Source of the DNA: Salpingoeca rosetta
Taxonomy: Eukaryota; Protista; Choanoflagellata
Reading direction: 5' to 3'
NCBI GenBank assembly: GCA_033442325.1
Contig: JAWQFM010000009.1
Location: 1,802,006 to 1,866,005 of the forward strand
DNA length: 64,000 nt
Under the pieces are notes generated by a model. That model was not told the DNA's origin and searched no databases. It worked only from the letters and a program-made list of their open reading frames with translations. Below, in pieces: positions 1 to 12,484 of the stretch (positions are counted from its first letter, which is position 1; the number at the start of each line of letters is the position of its first letter). Made by a program: the position numbers and the translations under genes.

Positions 1-137
1 TGTAGCTGTTGCGAAGTGTGTTTGCGCTTGTCTGCTTTTGCTTGCTTGCTTGCTTGCATTGGGTTGCTGATTTCACCACAACTCATATCTTACACCTCCT
101 CCACCATCATCACCACTCCCATGCATCGTCACGGTAG

Positions 138-1744
138 ACTATGGCCTGCGGCAGTTGCAGGCGCATCAGCAGAAGGACGAGGAAGCGGCGATGAACGGGG
201 CGTCGACGCTTCGCTGGACAGCGCCGGAGCTGCTCTCGGGCGTGTCTGCCATTGACGACATCCTTGAGGGAACCCAGCAAGGCGACGTCTACAGGTGCAG
301 TCGGTGGCAGTGAGATGTGTGTGCGTGTGTGTGTGAATGGGGAAAGGGATTGAGCTCAAAGAAAGAGGAGAAGAGGAGGGCTGTGGTTGTGTACAGATGT
401 GGTTGTGGCACTGCCACAGTCTTCTCGGCTCATTCAACACCCTCATCTGATATGCATGCTTGCTCCATCGCCCCTCCCCCCGCCAACGCTCGAATCCCCA
501 CAACAGCTTTGGCGTGATGATGAACGAGGTGTGGACGCGCGAGCAGCCGTACGACGACTTTGCGCTGTCGATGGAGGAAGTGATTGCCAGTGTCTCTGCC
601 AGCGCCAACCAGCAGGCGCTTGTGCAGCCGCTGCCTGCGAGGCACAACCAGGTTGCACCAAAGCCAATCCAGGTCAAGTCTGCGTGGACATCGCCCAAGG
701 ACGGCACTGACGGCTCGCTTGTTCGCCCGACGGTTGCGGAGGACACACCACAGGGCCTGAAGGAGCTGATGGAGCAGTGCTGGCACCCGGACCCTGCGCA
801 GCGGCCCGCGTTCCGTGAGATCTGCCAACGCCTCGACGCCCTGCACCCAACAGAGGGCAGCATGGTCGACAACCTCATCTCAATGGTGCGTGTTGGGGTG
901 GGGGGAGGAGAGGGAGCGTGTGTGTGCATGTATGTACTTTTGTTTGTGTGTGTGGGTGTACTTTGTTTGTTTGTGTGTGTGTGTGTGTGCTTTGTTTGTG
1001 TGTGTGTATCTACTTTTGTGTGTGCGTGTGTGTGTTTAGGGCGTGATGCCATGGCACAACACGTGTGCGGCATTTTTCTTCACGCTGTTTTTTCATGCCT
1101 GTTTGCCATCTTCCACACACACACGCACACACACACTGCTTTGGGCTGTCTCCGTCCATCTTTTCATCTGTGCACCTGTTCATTTGTGACCATGTTCACA
1201 CACCGCCATCCCTTCTCATCTTCACACCTCACCACACCTCCTCATGTTCACGCAGCTGGAGAAGTACTCGCAGAACCTCGAGGGCATTGTGAGCGAGCGG
1301 ACCAAGGAGCTGGCTGCGGAGAAGGAGAAGGTGGAGGAGCTTGTGTGCCGCATGCTGCCGAAGCAGATTGTGGAGGACCTGAAGGTTGGCAAGAACGTCA
1401 AGGCCGAGAGCTTCGACAACGTCACCATCTTCTTTTCCGACATCGTCGGCTTCACGCGCATCTGCTCGCAGAGCACGCCACTGCAGGTGCGCTCGTGGGG
1501 TGTTGGGGGGGGGGTTGTGTAAATAAGGGGTGTGATGAGGAAGGAAGAGAAGCACGCTGTGCGCTGCGCTTGGTGGTTGATTCGATTGCTTCATTGTCTC
1601 ACTCAAACGACCAACACGCCACAACACAACAACACCGCTGTGATGCGCAACAGGTGGTTGACATGCTGAATGACCTGTACACGCTCTTCGACACGATCAT
1701 CGAGGACTACGATGTCTACAAAGTGGAGACCATTGGCGACGCCT
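138..1744 (+). CDS. Receptor guanylyl cyclase, partial second copy (kinase-homology domain end, coiled coil, start of cyclase domain); runs into N gap
   Basis: Exons ~138-294 (DYGLRQL..WTAPE..GDVY), ~507-885 ([20 protein letters not shown]), ~1256-1486 ([21 protein letters not shown]) and ~1653-1744 ([18 protein letters not shown]), with GT-AG junctions. Same as the minus-strand copy at 17200-18802. Confidence 0.9.
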
Positions 1745-1876
1745 GTGAGTTGGCCGTTGTGTGTGTGTGTGCTTGTGTTGCTTGTGTGTGTGTGTGTGTA
1801 TACGTTGAGCCTTGGTTGCTGTGTTGCTCGTGTGTGTGTGTGCTTGTTTGTATTGCTTGTGTGTTTGCTTGTGTGT

Positions 1877-2789
1877 NNNNNNNNNNNNNNNNNNNNNNNN
1901 NNNNNNNNNNNNNNNNNNNNNNNNNNNNNNNNNNNNNNNNNNNNNNNNNNNNNNNNNNNNNNNNNNNNNNNNNNNNNNNNNNNNNNNNNNNNNNNNNNNN
2001 NNNNNNNNNNNNNNNNNNNNNNNNNNNNNNNNNNNNNNNNNNNNNNNNNNNNNNNNNNNNNNNNNNNNNNNNNNNNNNNNNNNNNNNNNNNNNNNNNNNN
2101 NNNNNNNNNNNNNNNNNNNNNNNNNNNNNNNNNNNNNNNNNNNNNNNNNNNNNNNNNNNNNNNNNNNNNNNNNNNNNNNNNNNNNNNNNNNNNNNNNNNN
2201 NNNNNNNNNNNNNNNNNNNNNNNNNNNNNNNNNNNNNNNNNNNNNNNNNNNNNNNNNNNNNNNNNNNNNNNNNNNNNNNNNNNNNNNNNNNNNNNNNNNN
2301 NNNNNNNNNNNNNNNNNNNNNNNNNNNNNNNNNNNNNNNNNNNNNNNNNNNNNNNNNNNNNNNNNNNNNNNNNNNNNNNNNNNNNNNNNNNNNNNNNNNN
2401 NNNNNNNNNNNNNNNNNNNNNNNNNNNNNNNNNNNNNNNNNNNNNNNNNNNNNNNNNNNNNNNNNNNNNNNNNNNNNNNNNNNNNNNNNNNNNNNNNNNN
2501 NNNNNNNNNNNNNNNNNNNNNNNNNNNNNNNNNNNNNNNNNNNNNNNNNNNNNNNNNNNNNNNNNNNNNNNNNNNNNNNNNNNNNNNNNNNNNNNNNNNN
2601 NNNNNNNNNNNNNNNNNNNNNNNNNNNNNNNNNNNNNNNNNNNNNNNNNNNNNNNNNNNNNNNNNNNNNNNNNNNNNNNNNNNNNNNNNNNNNNNNNNNN
2701 NNNNNNNNNNNNNNNNNNNNNNNNNNNNNNNNNNNNNNNNNNNNNNNNNNNNNNNNNNNNNNNNNNNNNNNNNNNNNNNNNNNNNNNNN
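1877..2789. other. Assembly gap (913 N)
   Basis: Run of N. The corresponding interval in the other duplicate copy (15655-17067) is ~1.4 kb and holds the last cyclase exons. Confidence 0.99.
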
Positions 2790-3214
2790 GCCTTGTGTGT
2801 TGACCTCTCTCAGCGCTGTGTCAGTCTCTGTCGAGTCTCTCTCTCTCTCCCTCTCCAGTCTCTCAGTCGCCTGTATTCATGTGTATCTGTGGACCATGAA
2901 ATCGGTGTAATGCAATATCCGCTCGATTGACATGAGGAACAGCAGCGGCGGTGGTGCTTGAGGAGGACGAGGAAAAATGGATGTGCAAACGGAAGCGCAC
3001 AATCACTGAAAGACACAATTGTTCAGGAACACACACACGCACGCACAAGCACAAGCACAAAACCACGGATTGAATCGTTTGCATGTCGTACACAGCAACT
3101 TGTAGCACACATGTAGACATGTAAACACGCCAACGAGCACACACTCACTCACACACACACACAAACAAACAAACACACACAAACACATCAAGACAGACGG
3201 AACAACTCAAGGCC

Positions 3215-4757
3215 TCAGTCGCTCCAGTCCTCGTCATCCGACCACTCGCTGCCGGTCTCGGACTCCGTGTCCGACATCTCCAAGGCCATGCGCCTTGCCA
3301 GGATTGCAGCAACATCCGTGCCCATGTTGAACGATTGCGTGCGGTCCTTCTCCTCCTTTTCCACCTTGCGCAGGCGCTTGTTCTTGATTGCGTCGAGCAG
3401 CCCGTTTCCGCCCGCAACCCCCGCGTCCTCTGTGAGCGGCGCTGATGGCATTGGCGGGGGCGGGGGCGGCGGGGCCCCAGCGTTGGCCGGCATAGGCGGT
3501 GGCGGTGGTGGTGGCGCTGAGGATGGTGCCGCATCTGTGGCGCTTGGGTGTACCGGTGGCGGAGGTGGCGGTGGCATGTCTGGCACGCCTGCGTCTCCAT
3601 TCGGAATGGAGGCTGCTGGTGGGGGCGGTGGCGGTGGCATCTGTGCTGGTGGTGCGTCTGGCCGCTCTGCCTTTGGTGCAATCAACTGCGCCAGTTGAGC
3701 AAGTGCAGCATGGGCTGGTCCATCGTCCTCCGTGCTGCCGTTTGTTGCTGTTGCTGCTGCTGTTGCTGGTGGCGGCGGCGGTGGCGGCAGCCCAGACACC
3801 GCGGGCGGGGGAGATGGTGGTGTCTGTGCGGGGGACGTCGCAGACTCCTCGTCCTGCTCGTGATCGGTTGCTGGTGGTGGCGGTGGCGGCATTGCAGGCA
3901 TGCTCGGGACAAGTGCACTTGCGTTTGCGTTTGGCTTTGCAGATGGAGGCGGTGGTGGTGGTGCGGACGTTGGCTTGGCGGTGCCTGGTGGAGGGGGTGG
4001 AGGGGCGTTGGCTGGCTTGCTTGGCGGTGGAGGCGGGGCATTGGCTGGCTTTTGGGGTGGCGGTGGCGGCGCGCTGGATGGCTTGGTTGGCCGGCGGGAC
4101 GATGTTGTGGCCGTGCGCGTCTTGCCGCGGTACTGTGGCTGCTGCTGTTGCTGCTGCTGGAACTCTGCCCCCATTGCGTTGTACTTCTTCTTCTGCACCT
4201 TGGCCACTTCGCGGTGGGACGCGCGCGTTTCGCTGCGCTTGTGACGCTTCTGCGATGTCATAATAGGGAGAGCAAAGCATGCGTCGGTGGCGGATCAAGA
4301 GTGTGAGGAAGCGCTTAGCCCTGTGTGCAGGCGCATGTTTCAAAAGCATTGGTGGGTGTGGTACTGTCTTTGAACTTGTGTGTTGTTGTGTTGTTCTCAC
4401 CTTCTTGCGCTTGCGCTTCTCCATCTGCGCCTTTGCGTCCTTCATCATCTTTTCGATCCACAGGCGGCGGAAGAACTTGGGGTCCGTGTACATGGTCAGG
4501 GCCTGCACGCCGTCTGGCCTGAACCTGGTGAGGCTGTTGAGACCTGGAGGCGCCTCGCACTTGTCGAAGAGCGCCTTGAGAGACGTCGGCAGCGGCGTGC
4601 GCGAGATGATGGCCTGGTCCAGTTCGTAGGAGCGCTGGAATGCCTGTGCAGCGCCAAGAGTCGCTGTGTGTCAGGTGTGTAGAGGTGTGAGTGTGGTGGC
4701 AGAGCTACAATAGCGCGGACGAATGAAGATGCAGCGTTTCTCGGATGTCAAGAAGAA

Positions 4758-4804
<47 letters not shown>

Positions 4805-4850
4805 AGAAGAAGAAGAAGAAGAAGAAGAAGAAGAAGAAGAAGAAGAAGAA

Positions 4851-4897
<47 letters not shown>

Positions 4898-5153
4898 AGA
4901 AGAAGAAGAAGAAGAAGAAGAAGAAGAAGAAGAAGAAGAAGAAGAAGAAGAAGAAGANNNNNNNNNNNNNNNNNNNNNNNNNNNNNNNNNNNNNNNNNNN
5001 NNNNNNNNNNNNNNNNNNNNNNNNNNNNNNNNNNNNNNNNNNNNNNNNNNNNNNNNNAAGAAGAAGAAGAAGAAGAAGAAGAAGAAGAAGAAGAAGAAGA
5101 AGAAGAAGAAGAAGAAGAAGAAGAAGAAGAAAAAGAAGAAGAAGAAGAAGAAC

Positions 5154-5221
<68 letters not shown>

Positions 5222-5587
5222 CTTAAACAACAACTCAAACAACAACTCAAACAACAACTCAAACGACAACTCAAACAACAACAACAACTTAAACAACAAC
5301 GCACAAACATGTCTTTCATTACGTGCAGCGTCGTCGGTGCGGCGAACCACGGCGTGAGCAATGCCGCCGATGCGGTCCCGCGTGCGCTTTGCGCGTTCGT
5401 TCAGCTGCTCCAGATCCTTGTGCAGGGCGGTGAACATCTCGTGGGCGTGGCGGGCGACGTCGCTGAGCTGTCGAATGAGGTTGCTCATGCTCTGCACGCT
5501 TGCAGCCTCCAAGTCATTGCGGCAGCGTGGTGGCAACGGCTGTCGGCACAACACCGTCGGCTCCACCGTGCGCTGCACAATCGGCAT
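3215..5587 (-). CDS. WASF: WAVE/SCAR family Arp2/3 activator (3 exons: ~5587-5323, ~4663-4401, ~4250-3215)
   Basis: N-terminus MPIVQRTVEPTVLCRQPLP..SNLIRQLSDVARHAHEMF is a WAVE homology domain. It is followed by YTDPKFFRRLWIEKM and a basic stretch, polyproline tracts, WH2 (LLDAIKNKRLRKV), central (DVAAILARRMA) and acidic SEWSDDEDWSD C-terminus. Confidence 0.95.
4750..5300. repeat. Long (AAG)n microsatellite (~400 bp including a gap) followed by interrupted (AAC)n, within WAVE intron 1
   Basis: Directly visible trinucleotide runs, with an N gap at 4958-5057. Confidence 0.97.
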
Positions 5588-5798
5588 CTTCGCTGCCTGC
5601 AATGAGATGGATGGGAAGCGGACGGAAGGAAAAGGGTTGGTAATGAGCGGGAGATGGGGATGGATGGCATCGGTGAGGCGAGAGTGATAGCTTTGCTTCT
5701 TCGCTCTTCGTCTCTTTTTTTGTATGTGATTGCAGGGTTGCATTGAGCATTGAGCTATTGAGCTATTGAGGGCCAGGGACGAGGATATCCACGCCCAA

Positions 5799-5830
<32 letters not shown>

Positions 5831-5835
5831 ACACA

Positions 5836-5903
<68 letters not shown>

Positions 5904-6315
5904 CATACATACACACAAACCTACACCCACTTGTTTGGGGGTGTACGCGGTGGGTACGAGAAAGAGAGCAAGGGAATGCTGATTTGGATGCGAAGAACAA
6001 GGGAAATTTGCTGACTCAGCGAAATGCACACAACGAGTAACGAATGCGAGCACGACAACAACGCAAGCGAGAGGCAAAAGCCAACAACCAACGACAACAA
6101 CCACAAAGACCACCACAGACACAGCCCTGTGTTGACACAAGGCTGTCCTTTCTCCCACCCACCACGTTCTTCCCTCCATCCTCTCCGCTGTGTCACACAC
6201 ACACACACACGCACACACACAAGGAAAGCCTGAGGTCGGCGGGCTTTGGAGCAACGGGCACACACGTACGCACCCAGCACTCACCAGTGCGCGCTTGCGG
6301 TGAACGGTCGCAACG
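5588..6315. promoter_or_regulatory. Putative bidirectional promoter region between WAVE (-) and kinesin (+)
   Basis: Divergent start codons ~730 bp apart. Inferred from gene geometry only. Confidence 0.45.
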
Positions 6316-8091
6316 ATGGCGGACGGAGACGAGCCGGAAACAGAGAACGTGCGCGTGGCCGTGCGCATCAGGCCCTTGAACTCTGCCGAACTCGAAAATC
6401 AGGCGCGAGCCGTTGCTCACAAAACAGCAAATGAGCCACATATCACGCTTGGGGAGAGGCACCAGTTCACCTTTGACGATGTCTTCCCCATGTCAGCAAA
6501 TCAGCACACCATCTTCTCGTCATGCGTGCAAGAGCTGGTTGACAAGGCCATCCAAGGCAGAAACGCCACCGTCCTCGCATATGGCCAAGTGTGTACACCT
6601 GGCATGAAAACTGTGTTGTGCATTGCCTTGTTTGTGCCGTGTTGTGATTGCTTTTGTGGTGTGAGGTCATCTGACCGAGTCACCAATGGTGGAGGCTTGC
6701 TCGATGCTGTGTCGTCATGCTGTACAGTACCATCCTTCTTGTTCCTCAGCCTTCTCCCCATGCCTCTGATCCTCCCCTTGGTACCTTGCTTCCGCCATCC
6801 GCGTAGACTGGGTCTGGCAAGACGTACACCATGGGCACGGGCTGTGACATAGGTGTCTCGGACGACCTCGTCGGCATCTTGCCTCGCGTGGCAACCTACC
6901 TCTTTCATCAAATCGACACCCTCACACACGAAGCACGCTCCTCCGTGAGTCCCATGCACGTCCTTGCGCACGCTGGGCTCAAGCTCTTGCATGCACTTGT
7001 GCACTTGCTCATGTCACCTGCCCATTTGTGTGAGCTCAGGGTGTCATGGAGCCTGAATTCAAGGTCACCATCTCGTTCCTGGAGCTGTACCAGGGCAAGT
7101 TCTACGACCTCTTCGACAAGTACGGTGTCCCATCACAGGGTCCAGTCACAAACGGACAACCGCAAACGCAGTGACAGACAGACAGTGTGTGTGTGTGTGT
7201 GTGAGTCCATGTGTGTGTGTGTCCATGTGTGTGTGTGTACTTGTGCATGTTCAGGAAGAGACATACGCATATTTGCATGAACACACACACACACACACAC
7301 GCACACACACACACACACACAAACGTGCGCACGTACACAAACACTTCCTCACTCCTTCCCACTCTCCCCTGCTCCGCTGTCTGTGCAGCACGCCTGGTCT
7401 GCGGCAGGAGGCGCCCGTGCGCGTGCGCGATGAGCGGACGGAGGACGGCACCGTGACCATCCACATCAGCGGAGTGTCGCACTGCGATGTGACGCGGCGA
7501 GAGGACGTGATGGACTTGCTCCGGCGCGGATCACTGGACCGCGTCACCGCATCCACAGATATGAACGAGCGGTCATCTCGATCACATGCCATCTTCACCA
7601 TCTGGATCACACACCGAAGGCACATCTCCCAGGCCATGCGCGAGGTGACATACAACGTCTCGGGTGTTTTGTGTGCGTGTGTGTGTGTGTGTGCGTGCGT
7701 GCGTGTGTGCGCACTAGCTCGATTGTGCTTGCAAGTGTGCTTCAGGGTGGGAATAATCTTCTCATTTTCCTTGGCAATCCATCTCACCTTCGCATGCGCA
7801 CCATCGTTGTGCCGGGGTAGCGTGGGATGGACGGCGGTGATGATGTGGCGGCGGCACCAGCGGAGGAGGACGGGAGCGGCGCAAGCCAGGTCCCCGGCGC
7901 GACAGAGACCGTCACAACAACTTCAAAGTTCAACTTTGTCGACTTGGCGGTGCGTGCGAGGATTACAGTCGCCGTATGTGTGTGTGTGTGTGTGTGTCGT
8001 GTGTCGTGTGTGTGCTGGATGTTGGGGACATGGTATGCTTGTTGATCATGTGGTTGTGTGTGTATGTGTGTGTGTGCGCTTGGTCATACTT

Positions 8092-8147
<56 letters not shown>

Positions 8148-9478
8148 TCACAGGGATCTGAGCGACTGAAGCGGACGCACGCGACTGGCGAGCGAGCAAA
8201 GGAGGGCATTGACATCAACTCGGGCCTGCTTGCCCTGGGTAACGTCATCAGCGCTCTTGGCGACCCAACACGCCGCGGCAGCCACGTGCCATACCGCAGC
8301 AACAAGGTGTCCACGCTGTGTTGGCGTGTTGTCGCTCTTGTGCGTGTGTGCGTGTTTGTTTGTGCGTGTGTGTGTGTGTGTGCCTGGAGAGGTTTTGTGA
8401 AAGACGTGTGCTCTCGACCCACTTCAAGTACACCCCACGTCAACTTTCTGCTCCCGCCCTTTCACCTGTGCTCACACCCCAATATTGCATCTCTTCCCCC
8501 TTTCTCAGCTGACACGGATTCTGCAAGACTCGCTCGGCGGGAACAGCAAGACGCTGATGATTGCATGCATTTCGCCTGCCGACAATGACCTCATGGAGAC
8601 ACTCAACACCCTCAAATACGCAAACCGCGCTCGCAACATCCAGAACAAGGTGTGTGCGTGCGCGTGCGCGTGTGCGTGTGCGTGTGCGTGTGCGTGTGCG
8701 TGTGCGTGTGCGTGTGCGTGTGCGTGTGCGTGTGCGTGCGCGTGTGCGTGTGCGTGTGCATGTATCGATGCACGCACGCTATTGCATGGGCAGCTTGAGA
8801 CGAAGCACAACGTTGAACGCCACTTGCCTCCTTGCCCTCCTTTGGCAAGCAATCAACCATCTCTTGTTCGATGTGAAACCAGCTGCCCATCCGCTCACCC
8901 GGCTGTGTGTGACTCTCTGACACCGGCGACACCGCGACACGACAGGTTGTGATCAACCAAGACAGCGCCTCGCGGGAGATCCAGTTCCTGCGCGAGCAAA
9001 TCCACAAGATGAACATGGAGTTGATGGAGTACCGCCAGGGCCGGCGGCCGGTGAGTCCCACGCAGCACAAGAGGAGGGATGGGGTGTCGGTCGTGTGTGC
9101 ACTTGTCTGTGTGCTTTCGGTGCGTTTGTTTCTTACGATCCCTTTTCTCCGTCATGCACACTCACATACACACGCATACCTTCCCCGTTTCATCACACCA
9201 CCACCACCACCATCACCAACCCGCGGCCAGGTGAATCCCGACTCTGAGGAGGCGGAGGACATGTTCAAGGAACTGCACGACCTGCGGGAGCGAAACAGGG
9301 CGCTGACATCGCAGAACACAGAGCTGAAGGAGCAGCTCACACAGTTCAAGCGGGAGACTGTGGCCACTCAGGTCGAAGCATTGCAAGGTCAGGCCCAGCG
9401 TGCACTTCACAGTGGCGATACTCCTTGCAATGGCAACACACGCGTGTTGTCACACCTCATGTGTAGACATGGGTGATC

Positions 9479-9543
<65 letters not shown>

Positions 9544-12441
9544 ACTCACATTCTCTTTACACGCCTTCGCCCAGGGCTTGATGGCGATTCGAAGAAGACA
9601 ATTGAGGTGCTGCTGTCAGAGAACATTGAACTGCGCACCAAACTGGAGGCCGTACGTACAACGACCGCCCTCAACACCAGCGGCACCGGTAGTGCTGGCG
9701 GCGGTGGCGGTCATGTGTTGTCGTCGCAACAGAACGTCGAGCATCGCCCGCCAACGGCAACCATCGTCCGACCGTGGACGGCAACATCCATGTTTGACAT
9801 CAACTCCATCAACCTCTCTCGTCCAGGGACATCAGACACCAACTCAGACGTGCGTACACACCACGAAGTCCTTGGTAGTGCATGTGTACATGTGTTCATG
9901 TGTTCATGTGCACATGTGTGTGGCATGTACGCCTGCGCGTGAATACATGTGTGTTCATGGCTTGCTCGCCTGCGTGTCTGTGCTTCACTCAAAGTGGATG
10001 TAAGTGTGGGCCTGTGTTCATTATGCATTCCAACTCACCGCACCTCCCTGCAATGCGGCCCACGCGAATGGCTGCCTGTGCAGATTGTGAGCCAGAGCCT
10101 GCAGGTGATGAAGGAGCTGGAGGAGACATACGGGCTCAGCTTCGATGAGCAAGGCGGTGACGGCGGTGCAGAGGAGGAGCAGGAGAATGTTGTTGGTGAC
10201 GAGGGGGAGAGCGCTCAGCCGGCCCCAAGCAAGCAGAGGGTGCTGCGACACAGAGGAGAGGGCAATGATGACGAGGAAGACGATGAAGACGATGAAGACG
10301 ATGAAGACGATGATGAAGGTGGCGAAAGTGACGAAGACAGCGTCGTTGATGACAGTTCGACCATCTACGACCGCTTCCTCAACGGCGGCGACGATGACGA
10401 GGAGGAGGAGGATGAGGAGGACGAGGAGGACGAGGATGAGGATGCTGATGATGGGGGTGTCGCTGAGCCCAAATCGGCCTGGGAGGAAGGCAGCGAGGTT
10501 GAGGATGAAGGCGACATTGTGACTGCTGCGGCTGCCGCTGCCGGCGACGGCGATGACGAAGCAGAAGACGGGGGCGTGCAGGATGTAGGGAGCGCCACGG
10601 AAACACCAACAGCGTCATCAGCGGCCAGCAGAAGTGGCAGCAGGAAAGGCAAGGACACGGACGAGGAAAGCGCCAAGCGAACAGAGCTCATGGTCAAGTA
10701 CCGCGAAATGATGCAAGAGCTCGGGACGCGCATCGTCCTGCACGAGAACCTGCTGAAACATCTGGAGGCGGCACAGAACGAAATCCAGAAGCAGAAGGAG
10801 CTGTACGAGCGGCGGCTGCTGCAGGAGAAACAGGAGCGCGACAAGGTGCTGGCGGAGCGTGAGACGCTGCGCCGCCGCCTCAAGGAGATGGAGGGGCACG
10901 CGAGCGAGGAGAACACGGTGGAGCGCACACGCCACCAGCGAAGGCTGCAGGAGTTGCAATCGAAGCTGTCAGGCATGGAGAAGGAGCGAGCCAGGCAGCA
11001 GCGCGCAGAGAAGGACAGGCAGCGCGCCGTGGCGCAGATTGATGCGCTGAAACGCAGCATCCGCGACGCAAAGGCGGAGCGAAAGCGGCTGGTGGAGCAG
11101 GCGCAGGCGGAGATGAAGAAGAGCAGAGCCAGGGCCGTGCGGCACAACAGGGAGGTGGTGCAGCTCAAGCGCAACCTGGACAAGGAGCGCACAGACGCCA
11201 GCAAGTGGGAGCGCATGCTGCGGAACAAGGAAGCGAGGATGGCCCGCATCACGGAGGAGAACCAGAAGCTCAAGCAGTCCATGAAGGACAACCAGCACCA
11301 GATCCAGGACCTGCGCCAACAGCTCATGCAGGCGCGCATGCAGCGACGGGAGCCGCACCGCGCCATCGCCTCCTCCCCGGCGGCATCAAAGCACACGGCG
11401 GCATCGTCATCGTCGTCGTCGTCACAGCTGCGATCGCACCTGGGGCGGGTGGCACGGCACGTGCTGCGGCGGCGCAGCTCCGTCGGGCGGTCAGCAAAGG
11501 TGGAGGCCGAGCGGAAGCGGGCCAAGCTGGAGCAGGAGGTGACGAGCGCAGTGCTGTACCAGACGGTCAGGTCGAAGATTGAGGCGCTGGTGCAGCGGCG
11601 CGACGAGGACCTGGCCAAGGAGAAGCAGGCCCTGCTGGAGGAGGCGAAGACGATCAAGCGCACGGCTGGCGAGGCCAAAGACGATGGCGCCAATGTTGAT
11701 GCTGATGGTGATGATGGCGCGAAGGCCGAGAAAAGGGGCAAGGCAGCAACAGCAGGGAGGACAAGCGGAGCTGGCGATAAGACGGGGGATCAGGGCAACG
11801 CCAACGACAACGATGATGATGGCAACAACAGCGATGACGGTGATGGTGATGGTGGCAATGGCGATGATGAGAAGCAGCCGGCGAGTGCACGGGCGGAGAC
11901 GATTTCTGCTGAGATTGAGCGCATCGAGACGGAGATGAATCTGCTCACGGAGGAGATCCAGGAGAACGAGCGCTCGCTGCTGAGCATGGAGTACCAGGGC
12001 ATTCGCGCATGCCTGACCATGGACGATATCAGCGAGGAGGGCGACAATCTCATCCGCTCGGCAACACAGAAGGAGGCGCACATGCTGCTGCGCTCCATGT
12101 TCTCCTCCCTCGTCAGGAAGGAGCTGGCATCAGAGCGCACTCGTGTGCGTGTGCGGCAGCTGGAGTTGGAGGCGGAGGCGAAGAACGCCATCCTGCACAG
12201 CCTTGCCACAGCGCCGCTCACACCCGCGCAGCAACACCAGTCAGCGTCTTCACGGTTCCAGCAGCGGCAGCGGTCCCGACAGCATATGGTGTCGCCAAAT
12301 GCATCGCCGTCGAAGATGCCGACGCGGCGGGCAGAGCGCCAGCGATCGCGCACGTCAAGCACAATCACCACCCCGCTAGCAGCAGCTGCTGCTGCATCAT
12401 CATCAACTACATCAACGCTGGCCCGCCAACAGCAATACAAT

Positions 12442-12484
<43 letters not shown>

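Larger units (their letters stand above)
1..3263. repeat. Left arm of inverted segmental duplication (pairs with 15199-18941; probably extends beyond window start)
   Basis: Position 1 (tgtagctgttgcgaag) is the reverse complement of ~18941, 1876 pairs with ~17068, and 2790 with 15654. Identity stops at 3263/15199. Exons appear identical; introns and UTR differ by SNPs and small indels. Confidence 0.95.

Noticed and set aside
460-2930. Long ORFs through the N gap
   Set aside because: Artefacts of translating N and reading through introns.
4705-5361. Poly-K/R/E/S/L ORFs
   Set aside because: These are translations of intronic AAG/AAC microsatellites and an N gap.
9388-9574. Possible non-canonical GC donor or micro-exon in kinesin
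   Set aside because: A canonical in-phase GT donor (CAAG|GTCAGG) can explain the junction. Unresolvable without cDNA.
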